NCBI GenBank assembly: GCA_000320545.1
Contig: ADNK01001700.1
Coordinates: 21,683-85,682, forward strand
Length of the DNA stretch: 64,000 bases
Source: Bigelowiella natans CCMP2755
Lineage: Eukaryota; Protista; Cercozoa
Direction: 5' to 3'
Shown here: piece by piece, positions 29,583 through 39,337 of the stretch
How the letters are laid out: each line of letters begins with the position of its first letter
Numbering within the stretch: the first letter of the stretch is position 1
Program-made: the position numbers and the translations under genes
The notes under the pieces: model-generated
What the model was told of the DNA's origin: nothing
What the model saw: only the letters and a program-made list of their open reading frames with translations
Database searches by the model: none

Positions 29583-29812
29583 CAACCACCACCACACAAA
29601 AAACAGCACTTATGAAGAAGTACCAGGCAAAACGTAAAGAGGTGAAGCAAAAGCATCCCCCCACACATATAATACACATCTGCAATCTTCGGTGCTACCA
29701 GGGGTCTTTTCTTCAGGGCTACTAGTTACTGCTTGTTGATAATAATACAGTATCATCATCATCATTATCATCACTATCATCATCATAATCATCGATATTC
29801 ATCGTCATCACA

Positions 29813-29853
<41 letters not shown>

Positions 29854-30187
29854 CTTGTAATACGCAACGGCCTCCTTCGCTCTCCCTGCCTCTTCCATAA
29901 CGTTTATGTTCTCTACAGAGCTGTCTAGGGGGTCGCTCTTCCGTAAATAACGTAGCTGTTTTAGCAATTGCGAAAGTCTTTCTTCTGCCTCCCGTTTTCC
30001 TTCTCTTGCCTCTTCCAATACCTGGTGATGATGATGTGTATTTATAGTACGGGGTAGTTGAGACACTTTAAATCATTTTTTTGTTCTTCATGGAACTACT
30101 GCCTAGATCATAGAGCATCGAACCAAAACAGCACTGCGGGGTATTTTCCTATAGAGCTTCTCTAGTACCGATATATCCCCATCTTAA

Positions 30188-30220
<33 letters not shown>

Positions 30221-31540
30221 GCTAATTTAATACAACACACACACACACACACACACTTGTTTGCTGATGCGTGATTGAAGCATATGGAAAGTATTGTTTG
30301 TTGGTTAGTTTACCGTTGTTGTTGATTTGAGCCTTTCTTCCATGCCAGCCACTTCTCCCTCAGTCTACGTACGTAGTAATACATCCATTGATTAGATGAG
30401 GATATTAAACACGATCAAATTATAAATGCTTTCATTCACGACAATGTATGGCGACGCGGTCATGCTAATATATGCACAAAATCATCAACAGTAGTCGTCG
30501 TAGGGCAGTTACTATGCTCACACCTCTCTAACAAGCGCTCTAAGGTCATCTGAATGAATTGCCCGACGGGGAAAGGTGCCAGCATTGAAAGGAAAACCAT
30601 CAATATCGCCTTGATCATTAGATTTCTCGCTACTGCTCTTTCTATTTCCTAAAAGCCCTGTGTCCACAACGTTTTCTGAAGAGCAATTGCTTGTAGAAGG
30701 GGGGGATGAGGAGGGAGATTTTCGCAGGACTTCCAAGTGCCTGATCGTGCAGAGTTACGGTGGTAAAACGAGGCGTCATCTCTTTTGAAATGTTTATATA
30801 TTTGTGTGTGCATATCGGCATATCATCACTCGAACAATAGCACCTTATCTGCGCTTGGAAAAGAGCATTTGCCTCCTCCTTCTTTGATTCTGTTTGACGT
30901 AGTTATTATTATTAAGTAGTAGCACGTGGGTAGTAGTAGTAGTAATAGTGGTAGTAGTAGGAGTCACTACATAGCGAGGGCCATATATTTATTAGATTGT
31001 ACTTATCATCATCATTTATATTACATAATCACATTCTCCTCTCCCCACCTCTACCTATACTAGACATGACGATATATATGCACGTAATAACCAAGATCTT
31101 GGAGTTCCGATATAACTCTTTTCATCTCATCCTCCCGGGCAGACAGCATAAGCTTTAAGGCCTTGTTGTATTGTAAATGCGAGGAGAGTGTTGATCGTGT
31201 TATTAAGCAGCATGAACATGGTTGCTGTTGGTGGTGGTGGTGTTGTTACTGTCCACATTGCAGTCACTTATTATCCCTCGAGAGATGTTGATGTTGTGGC
31301 AATCAAGGATCTTGGAGCTAGTACTAGCATCACAACCTTTGTCTCAGATAGATCATCAAACGGGTCTTTTCCACGTAGAACTTCAAGATTCTTCTCACTA
31401 TCAGCCATCAATCTAAACCACGATATCATATCCACCCATTGTAGTATTAGCTACAACTTTCCTCCCCCTTACCTTCCTTTCTATCTCCCCCCCCCCCCGT
31501 TCTCTTTTCCCATTGAGTGCGCTGCTGCTAAAAAGTGTGC

Positions 31541-31582
<42 letters not shown>

Positions 31583-32866
31583 AGGGAGGAGGGGGCTTGA
31601 TTATCATGTTATTTGTACTGCTGACAGCAGACACAGATTGATTTGATAGCATGGATTATCATGCTGTAGTATACATGGGCATGCATTCTCTGGGATCGAT
31701 ACATCGAGAAGATATGACAATTTGGTTCGAAAAATTTTACTTGGCCATCCTTCTCCTTTACCTTCTCCTCCTCATCATAATCACCATCATGATCATCATC
31801 ACCATTAAGATCTATGCACTGACTACTACTATTACCTTCTGGCTTCATGCAGCTCCCTGCGAGCGCTCTTGATTAATCTGTTAATATCATTCTTGATTAG
31901 TCATTTAATAAGCGAAACAGATATCATGAGCATATTTTCTAGAACAGCCGGATGGATTGGATACTCATTCGTTCTAATCGTCTTGATCGATTTATCAGCA
32001 ATTATCGTCATTTATTATCATCTCCATCTTCTTCATCATAATCTCCCTTTTCCCTTCATGTATCGTCAAATTGCATGGTAAGTAAAACCATGCAAATAAT
32101 GGGTATACTACCTGTTATACATTCTCACACGAATCTTCCAAAATCGCACTTCCCTCTTGGCCTCTACTATGGCTATTCCAGGGCCTCCCTCTTCCCCTGA
32201 TATTCTATCGACACGACTCTCCGACGAAGAGGCTGGAGGGGGAAGAATCACACGAGGTTGTTGTTGCGGGTAAAATGACAGTCCGGTCACTGCTGCTTTT
32301 CTATAGTGTGGGAAGAGATTATTAAGTCTCTCGGATAGTCTAGGTGATGGGGAGAGTGGTGACAAGGAAGAAGCTTCCTGTGATACGTATGATGAGACTG
32401 CGGAAACCGAATTACCCTGGGACTGTTGATGAAGGTGTGGTAGTTGTGAGAATATGACGCGATGATCATGGTGATGACGTAGGCAGCGTCCTCGTGGACG
32501 CAAGTTGAGCGCAGGAAGGGTTCGTGGCGAAGGAGAAGAAGAAGAAAATAGGCTAGTAGTATGTGATACTGCATGAACGGCTCTTTTCAGGCTTCCCCCT
32601 CCCCCTTTTTGCACGCGTAGCCCCTGAGCTCCGTGTATAATCAAAGCGGAGAAAAACAACACCGAAATAACGCCCCAAATTCGAAGAGAAGAAGCTTTTT
32701 GCGAAAACGGACGAGGGGCATGTGCCTGGCGACGACGACGTGGACATGGAAGGGAGGAATGGTGGCCTGCTTTCCATGTTGATATCCTCTCCAAACGTAA
32801 CCCCGTCCAATCATCTCCATCATCCCAAACATATTTGAAGGGGTGAGGGGTGCTTGGAGACACCAT
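24592..32866 (-). CDS. Alpha/beta-hydrolase (lipase/esterase-like; plant At2g44970-like family) with signal/transit-like leader and coiled-coil extension (multi-exon)
   Basis: Exons read YIGWLKRDPSLPPVEDKTNRFHTLL, VYYVFVPGFLW, SGVYENAAAIR, KVVLVTHSK|GGIDSAAALSLYQDELQD, YGKANDGLVIPEDAEIPGSSVVRYESELDHVG, LFGAL|VALLQEDSRY*. These match the family blocks GWLQ...PPVEDGT, VYLLVPG, GHSKGGVDAAAALSLY, SDGLV..DAEVPGS, LDH. Ser/Asp/His triad candidates are present. Confidence 0.85.
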
Positions 32867-33060
32867 ATGGGCCTCCTTAGAGGACTCTGCTCTACGTTTT
32901 GGCAGAAAGGGGGGGAGGAGCTATGTTCGAGAGATTGTGTGGAGTTTTGCAGGGTGTTTTATTTTTAATTATGTTCATATTTAGCTTGTCGCAGCAATAA
33001 GGAGGACTACATTGTGCATAATCTCTCCTAACAATTCAGGGGGTACTCACACGATCCAAA

Positions 33061-33621
33061 AAGAAAAGTCGGCCTGCGCGCCTGCGCACAGCCAAGCAAT
33101 TTCGAACCATGACCTTTTCAAAATCCCTTTCATCTTGAATTGGCGACATCAAATCTGACAATCATCTCACAAAAATTGCTTCTGTTTTCTCACAAGCTGG
33201 AAGGAACATTGGGATGAAAATGAAAATTTGTCGCTCACACTAAATTCCTTTCTTTTTGTGTTGCAGGGATGCCTCAACAACCCCGCGCCAAGCTGGCAAG
33301 GACTCTCTAGCTCTGTCCTGCTGCCATGACGCCAGCACGCTGTTGCCTTCACGCTGCACCCAAGTGAGCGACGTGCTGCGGACCAGCGGAACCAAGCCAG
33401 ATGCTTCCTCAAAAAATCCATGAAAATTTCACACGAGGATTGTCATTCATGTTGTGTGCCCTTTGCATTCGAATTTTGTTCTGGCACACGTGCGACGCCA
33501 CACACTGCCAGACTGCCAGGTTTTGCAATGTCTCTGCACCTCTGAGTCTCCACTGGTCCAGACCTGCCAACCTCTCTAGCTCTGGAGCCAGGCCCAGCAA
33601 TGTCACGCTGGTTGGTGGTCC
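33061..33621. other. TpA-depleted decayed tract (left part, interrupted by the LTR element)
   Basis: Manual count: 3 TpA in 561 bp, 2 of them in CTAG. TG/CA-rich with CpG still present. Confidence 0.8.
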
Positions 33622-33947
33622 TGTAGCGCGTACCACTACGCGGGCACAAGTCACGTGCGACAACAAAGGGGTTGTCGCGGATATAGAATATAGATAACGT
33701 AGATATTAATACAGCATAGGCACGTGGGTTCCGGCGGGACTCATGGCAGCACACCGGAAGTGTGCTGCCCCACGTGCGGCGGCATTCGCGAAAGCTTCGC
33801 GAATGATTACGCAGTGCACGATTTAATAAAAATATAATCTTTAATAAAAATAAACACAACTCTTCAAAAGGAAGCAAACGTGCCTTTCCCCCCCCCTGCC
33901 TACTTGTGCACGTAGCGCCTCGGCCTGTGAACACCTTACGCGCAACA
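33622..33947 (+). repeat. 5' LTR (326 bp)
   Basis: Identical to 39012-39337. Terminal inverted repeat TGTAGCGCGTA...TACGCGCAACA (10/11). AT-rich AATAAA-containing segment near 33824-33854. Confidence 0.97.
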
Positions 33948-33952
33948 ACCTT

Positions 33953-33970
33953 TGGCTTCCACACACGGGA
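33953..33970 (+). promoter_or_regulatory. Putative tRNA primer-binding site
   Basis: TGGCTTCCACACACGGGA, 5 nt after the 5' LTR. The reverse complement ends ...GGAAG-CCA, like a tRNA 3' end with a G discriminator. Isoacceptor not identified. Confidence 0.7.
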
Positions 33971-33986
33971 AACGATTTGACTAACA

Positions 33987-36900
33987 ATGTCACAGCAGCT
34001 AGAAGAACAGCAGGACTTTGGCTCGCAGGCCGTGCAAGGGCACGAGCAGAAACAGGAAAGGAAGGGCGATACGGACGCTAAGGAAGGAGGAGGAACACCT
34101 CCACAGGCACCGCCGGGACCAGCACCCGGGATTAAGAAAGCAGATGCAGCAGCAGAGGCACTGGAGAACTTCTACGAGGCGGACGACGAGGACGTGGCCG
34201 CCGAAAGCAAGAAGGTCGTAATGGCATTACGAGCCTTGCGACCCAGGGCGAGCAACTACGCCAAACTGAAAGTATCGATAGAATACAAGTATCAGACACA
34301 TGATGTTTGGGCAGCTATCATGCAGGACATCATGGATTACGAAGCAGACTTACCTCCAGAGTGGGCAGCTTTGTTTAGGAACGACGGGGGTCTGGGCGCC
34401 TCGCGGGGGACGACCCAGAGCACCGTCAAGCAGCAGCAGCCGGTACAGCGGAACACCCAGTTCATGTCTGTTAAAACAGCACCGGTTATGATAACGAAAT
34501 ACAACGGGAAAAGAGGTGAGGCAAGGAGGTGGTGGAAGAACGCTAGGAGTATACTCTGCGACTTTACCCCTAACCCCACCGAAAACGACAAGCTCAAATG
34601 GCTAGCTATAATAAAGCAAGCCATGGACCTTTACGAGACAGGCAGGACCCGGATCAGGCAGCTAGAGAAAATACACACTACAGTTAGTGGGCTACGAGAC
34701 GTTGAGGCGATAATGAAGGCTTTTGTAAATGAACAGGATGCTAACTCCCTACCCCAGGCTATTAGAAAATACAGAGCAATGATGCAGCATGAGAGAGAAC
34801 CTGTTAGAGACTTTGCCACGCGCTTCCAGGATATGATCGACGAACTACATGATTTTAATTACAACACAGGTGATGATCAGGCAAGGTTTGAAGAGTTCAA
34901 GTTAAAGATAAAGGAATCCACTTACGTTACGGAGAAAGGCTACACCACGATGGAGGCAGCAGTGCAGGCTATATCCCTACGCGAGCAGGAGCAGGACCGC
35001 AAGTTTACCAGCCCTAAGGTACCTGGCATAGGAAACATTAACGCTATTAAGCCGCAGCGAGACTGGTACAAGGACAGGGAAGGTAACCGACGTTGCGGAT
35101 ACTGCTCACGTAAAGGGAAACACACCGCTAAAGACTGCAGAGACAGGAAAGAAGGACGACCCAGGATGACGATCAGGCAGCTCAACGAACACTACGAGAA
35201 GTTAAAGAGAAAGAAAGGCAGAGGACAAGGATATAACAACAGCAAATGGCAAGGCAGCAACAACGGGAAGAACAATAAATATAAGAACAAAAAGCAGAAC
35301 AGTATCAATGCTATACAGCAGCAGATAAACGGAATATTAGATCACCTTAAGCAGGCGCCGACGAAGACAGCAGTACCAGCAACGCAGGACCAAGACAAGC
35401 CCATGACCCTAGACGACATAAAGAACTTAGGAGTATGCAACATTAATGACGAAGACGCTAACAGGACTATCAAAGTTGCTATGACCAAGGTTAAAGTTAA
35501 AGACAGCTACGGAGACTACAAGAAACTACCTGCCCTTTGGGATAGTGGCAGCATGCCGAAGTCCTTCATAAGCCTAAGCACAGTAAGAAGGTTAGGACTA
35601 TTGGATCAAGTGACTAAGAAAGAACGTAAATATGCTCAAGCAGACGGAAGCTCTTCCATGAAGACCGTCGGTGAGCTAATGCTAAAGCTACAGATACCTG
35701 GCAGCGACGCGGAGACCCAAATCAAGACCCGAGTAGCCATGACTTTATCCATGGAACTACTCCTCGGACAGGATGCCCTAGAAAAATTAGGGGGGATCAT
35801 ATCATTCTACAATCACAAGATATACTTTGCTAAGTTGCCAAAGAAGTCAGGCAGGACCATCAGCCAGAACATGATACGGCTTGACGAGTGGACCTCTGAG
35901 TCAAGCGTTAATGCGTTAGAGTTTATGGACCTAGCGGACAACAAGCTACCTACACCTACCGAGCTACGGAAGAAGAACCCCGGCAAGACCATCCGACAGA
36001 TAACGGAGCTACTGGACAAGACCCCCCCAGCTGATGATTGGGATATCGACAAAGGCAAAAAGTACATTAATAAAATATTAAACGAGAAGTACTCTGACAT
36101 CACCAAGCCGACGACGAAGCCCTCCAGCAAGCTTACCCCAGTAAAGATCGAGCTAAAGAAGGGATACGAAGAGTGCATCATCAATGACCCAGAACATAGG
36201 CGACCGGAAGCGGACTGGGAAAAGATAGAGTGGCAGATCAATGAATGGGCAAAGGAAGGGAAGATAGAGCCAAGCAACTCACCATGGAACGTGAGACATG
36301 TGCTAGCTAAGAAACCTACTTACCCTTTCTTCCGCCTGGCGCACAACTTCATCCGCCACAACCGAGTAATAAAGAGGATCCAGACACCTACACCAAGGAT
36401 AGATGACGTTATTGAACACGTCATAGGATACAAATACTACTCTTCCCTAGATAAAAATGAATCATACATGCAGACACCCATCCACAAAACCTCCCGCCCC
36501 ATTACCGCGTTCTCCAGCAGGCACAGGAAGTGGCACTTCGTCGTATTCCCTTACGGCCTAAGCATATCAGGGGATGCGTTCAGTAGTCAGAACTACAGGG
36601 CATACACACATGATGGGATGGCGTCTGTGTTGTGGGTGTTTGTGTTTGTGTATGTGGATGATGACATAATATGTACCAACACAGTCGTCGCTCAGATCTT
36701 CCTCCTGGAAAATATATTTATTAGGTTTGCACACTTCGGTTTTACTATTAGACTGCAGAAGTGTACATTCCTAGCTACAAGAATCAAGTGGTGTGGATAT
36801 TACCTGGAGCAAGGCCGCATCACCCCAAACCCCGAGAAAGTAGCAGCACTACAGCAAGCCCCTAAACCTAAGAATGCAAAGGAGTTAAAGTCATTCTTGC

Positions 36901-38960
36901 AGACTGCAGCTTGGATACTACGTAGGTTCTCCCCTACCTACGCTAGGACTGCAGCTGCTTTTACTACTGCTTACCGGAAGGAGAACTCTGTAGGCCTCAG
37001 CTTCGCTAAGGTGTGGGCCAAGGCTGGCCTTGATGCCCACTTCGATAACCTAATAAAGTTATGCAGCAACACCCTATTGAATGCTAAGCTAGACACTACT
37101 AGACCAGCTACCCTATGGACAGACTGGTCTAAGCTAGGTATGGCTGCTGTACTTACCCAAGACCAGCAGATCATACGGGTGTGGGGCAGGGCCTGCACAG
37201 CAGCTGAGGCCAAGTACAGCCCTACAAAAGGAGAGTATAAAGCCATGACTGAGGCGCAGAGGAAACTAAGATACTACCTGCTGTCGGTGCCCAGCTTCAC
37301 CTTAATGACTGACCACAAGCCCCTCCTAGGCATCGACCGCAAGCTCGAAGCGCCTAACGATGAGTATGCAGCTATGAGGGCGGACACGGAAGAGTTTAGG
37401 GACAAGAGGACAGTGGTCTACGCACCAGGAGACAAGCAGCTTGCTGACTATTTCAGCAGGCTGTTCGAAAAGAAAGTCCCTACCCAGGTCACCCCTATGG
37501 TTAACGCGATTACCTTCGAGGACGGCGACTTCCTGCCTGAGCCAGAGGAGCTCCAGCACCTTCAAGAACACCTGGATAAATACAAACACAAGCATGAGGT
37601 ACTTAGTGATAGGATATATGTATACACTAATAATGTTAGGCGTACCTACGTGCCACGGCGGACCAGGGGAGCCCTTCTCTTTACCGCCCATGGACCTGCA
37701 CACGTAGGAGAAAACCATATCACTGCTCTACTCTACCATTACTACTGGCCCTACAAGCTAAAAGAGATAAGGACATACCTGCGTGGCTGCAGGTGCTCCA
37801 GCTTGAAGGCGGCAGGCGTCGCCACCAAGGAGTCCAGCAAGAGCCGTGCATCTAAGAAAATCAAAGCAAGGAACTTCTTAGATATCGTGCAAATTGATGT
37901 TTATAAGTACGATGGCTATCACTACCTTACCTTCGTTGATGTGGCCACTGGAAAGTGCTGGGTTAAAAAGATTATCAAGGTCAACGTTGCTAAGAAGAAC
38001 AAAGGCTTATATAAGCAGAGGCATACTAACTGCTACCGTACCTGGGAGTCTGAGCTCCAGGCTATCCCTGATGAAGTTAGCATAAACAAGATACCAAAGA
38101 AGTTACATGTGGATAATGAGACCTCTCTTCTACAGCTACCACACCCTAATATTGATGCCTCACCTGTATACTATGCCCAGTCCAACTCCAAGGTAGAGCG
38201 ACTCCACCGCACCTTGGCCAACCTAAGCAGGATAAATAGCACCACACCAGACAAGATACAAGGGTTAGTAAACGACACCTTCACGTCTGGGGGAGGTATC
38301 AAGGATAAGGAGAGGGAAGAAGGCGACGACAACGACGACGATACCGAGAGCGAAGACGAGAAGGTCCCGTACGATGGCCGAGTTCTAAAGGAAGGACAGT
38401 ATGTTAGGGCCAAGGTAAATCTGAGATCGAGAAATAAACAAGACCCCTTCTGGGGTGGCGTTGCAAAGGTTACCGAGAGGAAGGGGAGGAAGCAGTACTA
38501 CATCTATGATGGGAACAGGGTCACCTTGCGCCACATCAGTCACCTAAAGAATTATGATATCGGTGAGAAGCTCCTAGAGGATGTTAAAGTAAACCCTACT
38601 GTGTGGGAGCGAGCAATGCCTTGTTTAGGACCCCGACCTAAGTTCGATGTGGAATATGGAAACAATAAGGTCAGGGTGAACGACGATTGGCGCATGAAGA
38701 TTGTCTATCTAGGCTACCCTGGATTACGAAATATGGAGAGGGTAGCTATGAAAATAAAGGACGGAAAATATCAGCTACTCTACCTAGCTGTTCCCGACTT
38801 ACCCTTTGAGCACTGGTATAAGGTCCTGGGGGACCTTGATGCAGAGGGCTGGTATGGACACGAACCTAAGGACGAAGGTGAGTTCTGGGTAAGCGACAAA
38901 GGAGATAAGGTTAGAGAGGAATCTATTACCTGGTGGTTGGTGAAGTTCCGAAAGCGATGA
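33987..38960 (+). CDS. Gag-Pol polyprotein (1657 aa): Gag with CCHC knuckle, aspartic protease, RT, RNase H, integrase, C-terminal Dam-like domain
   Basis: CGYCSRKGKHTAKDC knuckle; ALWDSGS protease; RT motifs SPWN, SSLD, FPYGL, YVDD; RNase H WTDWS...KGE...TDHKPL...LADYFSR; integrase HHCC (H..AH...CRC), QIDV, HVDN, SNSKVERLHRTL. Confidence 0.95.
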   Translation: MSQQLEEQQDFGSQAVQGHEQKQERKGDTDAKEGGGTPPQAPPGPAPGIKKADAAAEALENFYEADDEDVAAESKKVVMALRALRPRASNYAKLKVSIEYKYQTHDVWAAIMQDIMDYEADLPPEWAALFRNDGGLGASRGTTQSTVKQQQPVQRNTQFMSVKTAPVMITKYNGKRGEARRWWKNARSILCDFTPNPTENDKLKWLAIIKQAMDLYETGRTRIRQLEKIHTTVSGLRDVEAIMKAFVNEQDANSLPQAIRKYRAMMQHEREPVRDFATRFQDMIDELHDFNYNTGDDQARFEEFKLKIKESTYVTEKGYTTMEAAVQAISLREQEQDRKFTSPKVPGIGNINAIKPQRDWYKDREGNRRCGYCSRKGKHTAKDCRDRKEGRPRMTIRQLNEHYEKLKRKKGRGQGYNNSKWQGSNNGKNNKYKNKKQNSINAIQQQINGILDHLKQAPTKTAVPATQDQDKPMTLDDIKNLGVCNINDEDANRTIKVAMTKVKVKDSYGDYKKLPALWDSGSMPKSFISLSTVRRLGLLDQVTKKERKYAQADGSSSMKTVGELMLKLQIPGSDAETQIKTRVAMTLSMELLLGQDALEKLGGIISFYNHKIYFAKLPKKSGRTISQNMIRLDEWTSESSVNALEFMDLADNKLPTPTELRKKNPGKTIRQITELLDKTPPADDWDIDKGKKYINKILNEKYSDITKPTTKPSSKLTPVKIELKKGYEECIINDPEHRRPEADWEKIEWQINEWAKEGKIEPSNSPWNVRHVLAKKPTYPFFRLAHNFIRHNRVIKRIQTPTPRIDDVIEHVIGYKYYSSLDKNESYMQTPIHKTSRPITAFSSRHRKWHFVVFPYGLSISGDAFSSQNYRAYTHDGMASVLWVFVFVYVDDDIICTNTVVAQIFLLENIFIRFAHFGFTIRLQKCTFLATRIKWCGYYLEQGRITPNPEKVAALQQAPKPKNAKELKSFLQTAAWILRRFSPTYARTAAAFTTAYRKENSVGLSFAKVWAKAGLDAHFDNLIKLCSNTLLNAKLDTTRPATLWTDWSKLGMAAVLTQDQQIIRVWGRACTAAEAKYSPTKGEYKAMTEAQRKLRYYLLSVPSFTLMTDHKPLLGIDRKLEAPNDEYAAMRADTEEFRDKRTVVYAPGDKQLADYFSRLFEKKVPTQVTPMVNAITFEDGDFLPEPEELQHLQEHLDKYKHKHEVLSDRIYVYTNNVRRTYVPRRTRGALLFTAHGPAHVGENHITALLYHYYWPYKLKEIRTYLRGCRCSSLKAAGVATKESSKSRASKKIKARNFLDIVQIDVYKYDGYHYLTFVDVATGKCWVKKIIKVNVAKKNKGLYKQRHTNCYRTWESELQAIPDEVSINKIPKKLHVDNETSLLQLPHPNIDASPVYYAQSNSKVERLHRTLANLSRINSTTPDKIQGLVNDTFTSGGGIKDKEREEGDDNDDDTESEDEKVPYDGRVLKEGQYVRAKVNLRSRNKQDPFWGGVAKVTERKGRKQYYIYDGNRVTLRHISHLKNYDIGEKLLEDVKVNPTVWERAMPCLGPRPKFDVEYGNNKVRVNDDWRMKIVYLGYPGLRNMERVAMKIKDGKYQLLYLAVPDLPFEHWYKVLGDLDAEGWYGHEPKDEGEFWVSDKGDKVREESITWWLVKFRKR

Positions 38961-38966
38961 AGGTCT

Positions 38967-39011
38967 AAGGGAATAAGGAAGGAAGGAAGGAGCAACGTGA
39001 CTTGGGGGAGG
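38967..39011 (+). promoter_or_regulatory. Polypurine tract region
   Basis: AAGGGAATAAGGAAGGAAGGAAGGAG followed by GGGGGAGG abutting the 3' LTR. Confidence 0.75.
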
Positions 39012-39337
39012 TGTAGCGCGTACCACTACGCGGGCACAAGTCACGTGCGACAACAAAGGGGTTGTCGCGGATATAGAATATAGATAACGTAGATATTAAT
39101 ACAGCATAGGCACGTGGGTTCCGGCGGGACTCATGGCAGCACACCGGAAGTGTGCTGCCCCACGTGCGGCGGCATTCGCGAAAGCTTCGCGAATGATTAC
39201 GCAGTGCACGATTTAATAAAAATATAATCTTTAATAAAAATAAACACAACTCTTCAAAAGGAAGCAAACGTGCCTTTCCCCCCCCCTGCCTACTTGTGCA
39301 CGTAGCGCCTCGGCCTGTGAACACCTTACGCGCAACA
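39012..39337 (+). repeat. 3' LTR (326 bp)
   Basis: Base-for-base identical to the 5' LTR by manual comparison; followed by TSD GTCC. Confidence 0.97.

Larger units (their letters stand above)
33622..39337 (+). mobile_element. Full-length Ty3/Gypsy LTR retrotransposon, very recent insertion
   Basis: Two identical 326-bp LTRs (33622-33947; 39012-39337) bounded TG...CA, 4-bp target-site duplication GTCC (33618-33621; 39338-39341), PBS, PPT, and one intact ORF in Gag-PR-RT-RH-IN order. Confidence 0.97.

Noticed and set aside
4025-32100. Many short ORFs with poly-Y, poly-L, (YI)n, (CV)n, (ER)n or (HT)n tracts
   Set aside because: Translations of intronic microsatellites, not genes.
33037-33057. 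CAGGGGGTACTCACACGATCC at the left edge of the TpA-depleted tract, resembling a hAT terminal inverted repeat
   Set aside because: No matching inverted copy or TSD found at the right edge (40.8-41.2 kb), so a DNA transposon cannot be supported.
33443-33964. Antisense ORFs across the LTRs (also 38965..39507)
   Set aside because: They run across the LTR-flank junctions, differ between the two copies outside the LTR, and have no motifs; incidental.
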